Assembly (NCBI GenBank): GCA_004524535.1
Contig: SDNY01000082.1
Coordinates: forward strand, 1 to 16,242
Length of the DNA: 16,242 nt
Source of the DNA: Promethearchaeota archaeon
GTDB taxonomy: Archaea > Asgardarchaeota > Lokiarchaeia > Sigyniarchaeales > SOKP01
Reading direction: 5' to 3'
Of the stretch, positions 1-6,892 are shown piece by piece. Both the position numbers and the translations under genes were made by a program. Under the pieces are notes generated by a model, which saw only the letters and a program-made list of their open reading frames with translations, was not told where the DNA came from and ran no database searches. Position 1 is the first letter of the stretch, and each line of letters begins with the position of its first letter.

Positions 1-687
1 TTGGGATTTTTAATCATTGACGAAACACCTGCTGTTGGACTTACTTTTAGCAAAGATATTTTCGATCGTCATTTAGATTTATGTCAAAGATATATTAAGG
101 AGTTAATTGAACGGGATAAAAATCATCCAAGTGTTATAATGTGGAGCCTTGCGAATGAACCAGGACGAAGCAAAGGAGCTAAAGATTTTTTTCGAGCGAT
201 GTATGATACTGCGAGAAATATAGATTCAACTAGACCAATTACTTTAGTAAGCATGGTTGGAGTTTCAGAACGAGCATTTGAATTTTTAGAAGTTATATGC
301 TTAAATCGATACTATGGATGGTATACAGAACCCGGTCAAATTGATGAAGGATGTAAAATATTATCTGATGAATTGGATAAAATTAATAATAAATACCAAA
401 AGCCCTTAATACTTTCAGAATTTGGAACAGATACGCTTCCTGGATGTCATTCTGAACAACCAGAAATGTGGAGTGAAGAATATCAAGTTGAATTTATAAA
501 AAATTATTTAGAAGTACTAAAATCTAAAGATTATGTTGTAGGGGCCCATATATGGAATATGTGTGATTTTAAAACATCTCAAAGTATATTAAGAGCTAAA
601 GGACTGAACCATAAAGGCGTATTTACACGAGATAGAAAACCAAAAATGGCAGCACATTTCCTTCGCAAACTTTGGTATAAAACTTAG
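1..687 (+). CDS. uidA: Glycoside hydrolase family 2, beta-glucuronidase-like; C-terminal TIM-barrel part (5'-truncated by the window edge)
   Basis: NHPSVIMWSLANEP (acid/base Glu), LNRYYGWY, LSEFG (nucleophile Glu), WNMCDF and the GUS-type NxKG motif NHKGVFTRDRKPK. The TTG at position 1 is a window-edge artefact, not the real start. Confidence 0.9.
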   Translation: MGFLIIDETPAVGLTFSKDIFDRHLDLCQRYIKELIERDKNHPSVIMWSLANEPGRSKGAKDFFRAMYDTARNIDSTRPITLVSMVGVSERAFEFLEVICLNRYYGWYTEPGQIDEGCKILSDELDKINNKYQKPLILSEFGTDTLPGCHSEQPEMWSEEYQVEFIKNYLEVLKSKDYVVGAHIWNMCDFKTSQSILRAKGLNHKGVFTRDRKPKMAAHFLRKLWYKT

Positions 688-734
688 GTTGAAAATCTAA
701 AAGAATTTTATATCTTATTTAAAATTGATTACTC

Positions 735-745
735 TTTTTTTTTTT
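735..745 (+). terminator. Oligo-T tract (T11), candidate archaeal terminator of the GH2 gene
   Basis: Run of 11 T about 48 nt after the stop codon at 687. Oligo-T tracts are the known archaeal intrinsic termination signal. Confidence 0.5.
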
Positions 746-830
746 ACCTTTTAAAGATCTTAAAATTTTAATTCTCATTCATAATGATTTAAATATAATA
801 ATTTAATTATAAACAATATTATGGCACTAT

Positions 831-900
831 AATGAAAAATATAAAACAATGAAAAATATAAAACAATGAAAAATAAAAACGAAGAATATAAAAGAATGAA
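831..900 (+). repeat. 17-bp tandem repeat AATGAAAAATATAAAAC across the MIPS start region
   Basis: Exact copies at 831-847 and 848-864, a 16-bp copy with one deletion at 865-880, and a degenerate copy (GAAGAATATAAAAG-AATGAA) at 881-900. Confidence 0.85.
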
Positions 901-1999
901 GGATACTAACGAGAAAGGCATAAGCGTATGTTTAATCGGCATCGGTGATGTTGCTTCTGCTTTAGTACAAGGGATTGAAAATTATAAAAAGAATCCAGAG
1001 AAAATTATTGGGATTTTACCTGAAATCACCCAATATAAGATAGAAGATATTAATTTTGTGTTAGGAATTGAAGTCAATGCAAATAAAGTTGGTAAAGATT
1101 TAAGTGAAGCCATATTTGCAGAGCCAAATTGTAATATGGAATTATTTAGACCTAATTTTTTAGATGCGCCAGTGGTTAAGGGTCCAATCTTGGACGGGTT
1201 ACAAAGCAACATAAAAAACATCGTTCCTGTGGATGATAATCAAAAAGAAGTTGATATTGTTAAAGAAATGAAAGATCGTAATATAGATGTAGCAGTAATT
1301 CTTCTGCCAACAGGCGCTCACAAAGCTGTAAAATTCTATGCGATGGCAGCTCTTGAAGCAGGAGCTTGTGTGATCTGTGGAATGCCATCACATGTTGCGA
1401 AAGATCCAGATTTAGTAAGGAAAGCTGAAGAATCACGGCTTTCATTAATAGGAGATGATGTGAAATCACAAATTGGAGCAACTATCATTCATAGATCTTT
1501 AGCTAACCTTTTTCCAATGCGTGGTGCAATATTGGATCGTACTATTCAATTAGATTGGGGCGGATGCAGTGACTTTTGCAATTTGTTAACTCCTAAACCT
1601 AATGGAGAATTGTTTTATGAAGAAGGAAAGCGCCAATCCAAAACAGCCTCTGTCGTTGCTAAACTAAAAAACAAAGATACCGTTGAATGTCAAATATCTG
1701 CTGTAGATTATATCCCATTCTTAAAGAACCAAAAAGAGGCATATATGAGATTGGAAGGACGTATTTTTGGAGGTGCTCCTGTTAGAGTGGATATTACTAT
1801 GTTTGTTGAAGATGGGAATAATTCAGCGGGAATTATTGCGGATTGTATTCGAATATCAAAAATAGCTAAAGATCGACATGTCGGGGGTGTATTACATACA
1901 GCATGTTCATTTTTCATGAAATACCCACCAAAGCAACTCGATGATTTTCGGGCGAAACGACGCCTAATAAGATTTATACAAGGAAAAAGAACGAGATAA
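866..1999 (+). CDS. ino1: myo-inositol-1(3)-phosphate synthase (MIPS/IPS), prokaryotic/archaeal type, divergent
   Basis: Rossmann motif LIGIGDVASALVQG, NKVGKDLSEAIFAEPN, GPILDG, IGDDVKSQIGATIIHR, AYMRLEGRIFGGAP, NSAGIIAD and FFMKYPP all match the INO1 family. The true start may be ATG 866 or in-frame ATG 896. Confidence 0.92.
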   Translation: MKNKNEEYKRMKDTNEKGISVCLIGIGDVASALVQGIENYKKNPEKIIGILPEITQYKIEDINFVLGIEVNANKVGKDLSEAIFAEPNCNMELFRPNFLDAPVVKGPILDGLQSNIKNIVPVDDNQKEVDIVKEMKDRNIDVAVILLPTGAHKAVKFYAMAALEAGACVICGMPSHVAKDPDLVRKAEESRLSLIGDDVKSQIGATIIHRSLANLFPMRGAILDRTIQLDWGGCSDFCNLLTPKPNGELFYEEGKRQSKTASVVAKLKNKDTVECQISAVDYIPFLKNQKEAYMRLEGRIFGGAPVRVDITMFVEDGNNSAGIIADCIRISKIAKDRHVGGVLHTACSFFMKYPPKQLDDFRAKRRLIRFIQGKRTR

Positions 2000-2038
2000 T
2001 TTACTAATTTAATAAATCAGTATTTATTTATTTTCTTT

Positions 2039-2956
2039 TTATGAATTATATGTTTTTACTTTCATTCTCATAGGAATTTTGGTAAGGCTTAGTCTTGCTA
2101 AACAGAATCTATATATATATTCGGAAATCATGCTCACTGATTCCGGAATATTACTAAAACTAGGAAAATCATTAATATCAACGATATAAGGAATACCATC
2201 CTTTAAAACATAATCTACACCAAAAATCGACATTCCAAATTTTCTTCCTGTTCTTAAAATTTGTCTTTTAAATTCTTTATCAATAGGAACTCTAATATGT
2301 ACTAATTTTTTAGATGAACGCTTACGTTGCTGTATAAGATTTTGAGAGGTAATCGTTTGTACATAGCGATCAATTATATACACTTTATACACGTTTTCAT
2401 ATTTTCCTAAATATTCTTGGAAAAATAAACAATTATTCTGAATATCGTAATGTCTAATTAAATTTAGCAAATCGTCAGGATTTCTTGCGACACCAATAAT
2501 CCGATCATATTTTGATAAGTTTCTTATATTATGCGTATCTAACTTAATAATTAAAGGGATTCCTTTAGAAACTGCTTCATATGCAGTGTTTATCGAATAA
2601 AAAGATTGAGGAATCTTCAATTTTTTACATTTTTGTTCCACTAATTTAAATGACTCTTTACGACTTTCGCAAGTTTTAACAGATCTTAGACTATTTAAAC
2701 GTGGAATATTGGCTGCGTATGAATTTAACGCATCATAAATCTTTTGATTCGTTTCCTCTGAATATAATTTAACAATTAAGAATGAAATTTGGTACTTTTT
2801 CAACTTTTTTTTAAAATATTTCACAGAAAAAGAAGAACCATTTTTTAAGAGATTAACAAACTTGATTCCATAATTAATCTTAGAAAATCTCTTGATCTCG
2901 TCAAATATATCAAGATCCCGATTGCAAATTGAACCAACAATGATTTTTTTTGGCAT
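2039..2956 (-). CDS. ATP-grasp protein, ITPK1-like inositol phosphate kinase (copy A)
   Basis: Colinear ITPK1-type motifs: LIVKL, PLIIKL, FFQEYL...VYKVYII, and GMSIFGVDYV...YIVDINDFPSF (ITPK1 consensus GxxLFGxD...IDINxFPGY). It has DxN rather than the ExN of RimK/LysX ligases. Confidence 0.8.
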   Translation of the reverse strand: MPKKIIVGSICNRDLDIFDEIKRFSKINYGIKFVNLLKNGSSFSVKYFKKKLKKYQISFLIVKLYSEETNQKIYDALNSYAANIPRLNSLRSVKTCESRKESFKLVEQKCKKLKIPQSFYSINTAYEAVSKGIPLIIKLDTHNIRNLSKYDRIIGVARNPDDLLNLIRHYDIQNNCLFFQEYLGKYENVYKVYIIDRYVQTITSQNLIQQRKRSSKKLVHIRVPIDKEFKRQILRTGRKFGMSIFGVDYVLKDGIPYIVDINDFPSFSNIPESVSMISEYIYRFCLARLSLTKIPMRMKVKTYNS

Positions 2957-3168
2957 AAAAAAATCTCATTAGTTTGTCTAAATATAGTTATTAAGTTATA
3001 TAAATGTATTTGTTATTTATATAGTAGATTACACCATTGTTATGTAAAATTATAAATATAAAATGAAAATATTGTAAAAAGAGAAGTAGATAAATTTATA
3101 TAAATCAAATAAAACGCTATTATTAAATATAATTGACTTATAAACAATTTAAGAGCTAAAATAAAAAA
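2957..3168. promoter_or_regulatory. Divergent promoter region between the ATP-grasp genes, with palindromic TATA-like boxes
   Basis: 212-bp AT-rich intergenic region. TTATATAA at 2996-3003 lies about 40 nt upstream of the minus-strand ATG, and a perfect palindrome ATTTATATAAAT sits at 3094-3105. The very AT-rich background lowers specificity. Confidence 0.45.
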
Positions 3169-3987
3169 ATGAAAAATATTGGACTTATAATAGATCGTTT
3201 TCATTTAGAAAATAAAGTAGCTGAATTTTTAAAAATCTTAAAAAAAAAAGCCAAAGTTTCGATTTATGTGGAAGAGTCATATTTATTGAATAAAGATAAT
3301 CTGAATTTTGATGTGGATCTATTTTTTGTTAAAGGTAAAGGAAAATTAATGGTTGCTATGGCGAGAATGATTGAAAATGAAACTTCAATACCACTGATAA
3401 ATTCTTATAAGGGAATTTGGTTATCTATTAATAGATTTATGAATAGCCTTATATTAAAAAAGGGTGGTATTAGGGTTCCTGATTTTTCTTTAAATCCTTC
3501 AAATTGTAAATCTCCTTTTCCAAATTATATTATGAAAAATATAATTGATCAGAAAACATATTCTTTCAAACCAAATATTTTAAGGGAAGATGGATGTTTA
3601 AAAATAAATGATGAAAGAGCAATTGAGGAATGTAATGGAATAAATGAGAAATATCAATATTTTTACTATCAGAAATTTATTAAAAGTAAATGGGAATACA
3701 AAGTTTATGGTTTTGGAGACAATCTATATTTTTACAAACAAATACCAGTATTAGTTAATCCAAACAAAATGGAAACTAGAAGAGAAATTGAGGAGATTAC
3801 AGAATTAAAAGAAATTGTTTTAAAAGCAATGAAACTTCTGGACCTAAAGGTAGCATCATTAGATTTTCTTAAGTCTAATGAGGATCAATATTATTTGACA
3901 GATATAAATTCGACACCTAATTTTAATTATATTAAGGATGGCCCAAAAATTATGGCAGACTTTTTAATTGAACAAACAAGAAATTAA
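3169..3987 (+). CDS. ATP-grasp protein, ITPK1/RimK-like (copy B)
   Basis: IPLINS, INRF, IRVPDF, YYQKFI...EYKVYGFG, and LKVASLDFL...YYLTDINSTPNF. The YKVY and DIN motifs are ITPK1-type. Confidence 0.7.
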   Translation: MKNIGLIIDRFHLENKVAEFLKILKKKAKVSIYVEESYLLNKDNLNFDVDLFFVKGKGKLMVAMARMIENETSIPLINSYKGIWLSINRFMNSLILKKGGIRVPDFSLNPSNCKSPFPNYIMKNIIDQKTYSFKPNILREDGCLKINDERAIEECNGINEKYQYFYYQKFIKSKWEYKVYGFGDNLYFYKQIPVLVNPNKMETRREIEEITELKEIVLKAMKLLDLKVASLDFLKSNEDQYYLTDINSTPNFNYIKDGPKIMADFLIEQTRN

Positions 3988-3998
3988 ATAATTTTAAA

Positions 3999-4790
3999 AT
4001 GCATTTAAGAATTGGAATTCTATCAAAAAGAAAAGGATATTTTACGGGTAAACTAAAGAACTTTTTTGAAAGTAATGGACATAATACTATAATTTATACA
4101 AAAGAAAATTTATGTATTAACGAATCAATGCTTGAAAACGATTTATATATTTTAAAGTCTAAGCATCAGATACCTTTTGTTTATGCGGGCTTTTACGCAG
4201 AATCACATGGCATTCCAGTTATTCCAAATACTGACATTAGCCAAAAACATAAAGATAGATTTGAAGCTTATCTATTAATAAAAAATGCGGGTTTGCTATA
4301 TCCAAAATGGTATTATGGAACTCCACAAACAATTAAAAAAAATCTTAAGGATAAAGATTTTCCATTAATTTTAAAACCTGTTTCAGGTTCGGGGAGTAGA
4401 GGTGTTAAAGTCATTTATAATTTTGGTGATATTGAAAATTTAAATCAGGATATTCTCTATTTGGAGAAATATATTGAAGGAACACATTATACTGTTTACT
4501 TTATTGGTGATAAAATATGTGCAATGGAGAAAATTCCCTTAAAAAATGAGCATTCTGAAATGACAAGAAGGAAGCTCTCGAAGGAAATTAAGCAAATTAT
4601 AATGACGTGGAAAAATCAATATAATCTCTTATTTGGACATCTTGATATAGTTATAGAAAAAAAAACACATAAACATTTAGTTGTTGATCCAGGTTCCTTC
4701 CCTGAATTTTCTAATTGGAAGTGTGGAGGAGATCCTGTGTCGTTAATTGGAAACTTAATTTTAGAAGAATATAAGAAGTTAAAAAACTAA
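3999..4790 (+). CDS. ATP-grasp protein, RimK/ITPK1-like with degenerate metal motif (copy C)
   Basis: GIPVIPN, HKDRF, FPLILKPVSGSGSRGV (Gly-rich ATP-grasp loop), LYLEKYI, and FGHLDIV...LVVDPGSFPEF. It starts 11 nt after copy B. Confidence 0.7.
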   Translation: MHLRIGILSKRKGYFTGKLKNFFESNGHNTIIYTKENLCINESMLENDLYILKSKHQIPFVYAGFYAESHGIPVIPNTDISQKHKDRFEAYLLIKNAGLLYPKWYYGTPQTIKKNLKDKDFPLILKPVSGSGSRGVKVIYNFGDIENLNQDILYLEKYIEGTHYTVYFIGDKICAMEKIPLKNEHSEMTRRKLSKEIKQIIMTWKNQYNLLFGHLDIVIEKKTHKHLVVDPGSFPEFSNWKCGGDPVSLIGNLILEEYKKLKN

Positions 4791-4824
4791 AGATAATTTT
4801 TAAATAAAATATATAAAGTAAAAA

Positions 4825-5817
4825 GTGGATTATCTTCAAATGGCAAGGGAAATTCAAAAGCAAGAAGAAAGTAGAATAAAACAGGTATTTGGGTCCCAAA
4901 AAATCAGATTATACAAAATCAAGCATTTTATTTTTGATTTTGGAGGGGTAATGATTGAGCAAACGTTTGTAATAAAAAATTTAATAGATATTATTGAGAG
5001 TGATTTAAAAATAACCATCCCTCGCTCTGAAAATTCATATTATAGGAAACTCTTCAGGCAAGTCGGATCAGGAGTAATCTCATCGAGAGATTTTATTACA
5101 AAGATTCTTGGTAAATACTATTATCCTATCAAAAAAGAAAAAGAAGGTGCTTTGCCTGAAAAAAAAGTAAATGTTAGTTATTATTTGGAACTCTGGTTTC
5201 AGTTATATACCAAATTTGCTCGTTTATCTGAAGATATGAGAGAGATTGTTCAAAATCTGCATGAGGCAGGATATATTGTTAGTCTAATGTCTAATACATT
5301 TGACATCCATGCCAAATCAAATGAGCTTAAGGGATTTTACGAAATATTTGACAACGTTTTTCTCTCGAACGAAATTGGATTGAGAAAGCCAGAATTAGAA
5401 AAGTACAAATATGTTTTAAAAAAATTGAAAACAAAACCAAAGTATTGTATTTTTATTGATGATAAAATGGCAAATCTTATCCCTGCTCGCCAGTTAGGAA
5501 TCCACGTAATTAAATTCGAGTCGATTCAGAAGTTTAAAGAACAATTGGGAGATTTGGGCTTAAAGGATATAAGTGATGTGTCGAGAAAAGATATTAAATT
5601 ACAATACAAAGAATATAAATTAATAAAAGAGGAATTTAGAAAAGCAAAAAAGAAATACGAGAAAATTAAAAAAGAATTTCTAAAAACGGATAAGGATACC
5701 TCTCAATTGAAAATTGATCTTCAATTAAAATATGATGATTATATGATTAAGAAAGCTGAATATAAAAAAGCAAAACTGAGTAAAAAAGAACTTGTGTCAA
5801 GAATTAAAGTTACTTAA
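4825..5817 (+). CDS. HAD-superfamily (subfamily IA, YihX/ACAD10-like) phosphatase with Lys-rich helical C-terminal extension (paralog 1)
   Basis: Motif I IFDFGGV, motif II LMSNT, motif III SNEIGLRKP, motif IV CIFIDD. GTG start at 4825, with an alternative ATG at 4840. The last ~84 aa are Lys-rich. Confidence 0.85.
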   Translation: MDYLQMAREIQKQEESRIKQVFGSQKIRLYKIKHFIFDFGGVMIEQTFVIKNLIDIIESDLKITIPRSENSYYRKLFRQVGSGVISSRDFITKILGKYYYPIKKEKEGALPEKKVNVSYYLELWFQLYTKFARLSEDMREIVQNLHEAGYIVSLMSNTFDIHAKSNELKGFYEIFDNVFLSNEIGLRKPELEKYKYVLKKLKTKPKYCIFIDDKMANLIPARQLGIHVIKFESIQKFKEQLGDLGLKDISDVSRKDIKLQYKEYKLIKEEFRKAKKKYEKIKKEFLKTDKDTSQLKIDLQLKYDDYMIKKAEYKKAKLSKKELVSRIKVT

Positions 5818-5836
5818 TTATTTAGTATGAAAAATA

Positions 5837-6817
5837 ATGAATTCTCAAGATGCTGATAAATCTTATGAGATTTTTTCATCAGAATTATTTGGACAGCAAA
5901 AAGTAAAACTATTTGAGATACAACATATAATATTTGATTTTGGGGGAGTCTTAGCTGAGAGATCGTTCATACTAAAAAATCTTCTTGATAATATTGAGAA
6001 CGATTTAGGTATTAAAATTCCTAGAAATGAGGACGTTTATTATAGAAAAATTAAACGTCAATTAAGTTCTGGACGAATTACTTCACGTGAATTCTTAGAA
6101 TTAATTATAGACAAATATTATTATCCATTTCAAAAAGTTAATGGAGCTCTACCTGCTAAGAAAGTGAATATTGATTATTATTTGGAACTATGGTTCCAAA
6201 TGCATATAAAGCTAACAAAATTATCTAAAGATATGAGGAAGATCATTAAACGGTTTCATAATGCGGGTTATACTGTGAATTTGATGTCTAACGTTTATGA
6301 TCTATATGCTAAGTCATATGAAATCAGAGGTTTTTACAATCTGTTTGATAATGTGTTTTTATCTAATGAGATTGGGGTCATAAAACCAGATATTGATAAA
6401 TATAAATATGTTTTAAACAAGTTGAGTGCTAAACCAAAGGAATGTATATTTATTGATGATAAAATCCAAAATCTCGTACCAGCAAGAACGCTCGGTATGA
6501 TTGTCGTCAATTTTAAGTCATTCAAAAAATTCACTGAGCAATTAGATTGTCTAGGTTTTAATGAAGTTTCTAAACGCTTTCGAAAAGAGATAAATCAAAA
6601 ATATCAAGAGTATAGAATGAAGAAAAAACAATATAAAAGATCTCGAAAAGCATATAAAAAAAGTCGAAGAGCTTTTCTCAATAAAAAGGGTAAGTCAGAA
6701 AAAGAATTAAAGGAATTTAAACAAAAACAAGAAGAATATCACAAATTAAAATTAGAATTTCAAAAAATAAAAGAAATTAAAAAGCACGAATTAATTGCTA
6801 AATGTGAATTAGATTAA
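5837..6817 (+). CDS. HAD-superfamily (subfamily IA) phosphatase with Lys/Arg-rich helical C-terminal extension (paralog 2)
   Basis: IFDFGGVL, LMSNV, SNEIGVIKPD, CIFIDD. It shares KYYYP..GALP.KKVN..YYLELWFQ with paralog 1, indicating tandem duplication. Confidence 0.85.
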   Translation: MNSQDADKSYEIFSSELFGQQKVKLFEIQHIIFDFGGVLAERSFILKNLLDNIENDLGIKIPRNEDVYYRKIKRQLSSGRITSREFLELIIDKYYYPFQKVNGALPAKKVNIDYYLELWFQMHIKLTKLSKDMRKIIKRFHNAGYTVNLMSNVYDLYAKSYEIRGFYNLFDNVFLSNEIGVIKPDIDKYKYVLNKLSAKPKECIFIDDKIQNLVPARTLGMIVVNFKSFKKFTEQLDCLGFNEVSKRFRKEINQKYQEYRMKKKQYKRSRKAYKKSRRAFLNKKGKSEKELKEFKQKQEEYHKLKLEFQKIKEIKKHELIAKCELD

Positions 6818-6892
6818 AATTAATTATTGGTTTGGATTTGAATAAAAAGAAGAAGTTAGTTTCAAGAATTAAAATTACTTAATTATTTAAAT

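Noticed and set aside
831-900. Possible CRISPR or mini-array
   Set aside because: The units are head-to-tail with no spacers and only 17 bp long, and no cas genes are in the window.
982-1917. Three minus-strand ORFs (982-1221, 1260-1481, 1708-1917)
   Set aside because: They are antisense shadows inside the well-supported MIPS gene and show no motifs.
2039-4790. RimK/LysX peptide-ligase or RiPP (graspetide) cluster
   Set aside because: No LysW carrier or precursor peptide is evident. The Asp-type metal motifs, YKVY in A and B and the MIPS neighbour favour ITPK1-like kinases. Not fully excluded for copy C.
4930-4950. DxG instead of DxD in HAD motif I as a sign of inactivation
   Set aside because: DxG is normal in YihX-like subfamily IA members, and the other motifs are intact.
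4711-6534. Minus-strand ORFs 4711-4899 and 6334-6534
   Set aside because: Short antisense overlaps of stronger genes.
5563-6817. HAD tails as SPX domains
   Set aside because: They are Lys/Tyr-rich but lack the SPX N-terminal MKF and YxxLKK arrangement; the resemblance is only compositional.
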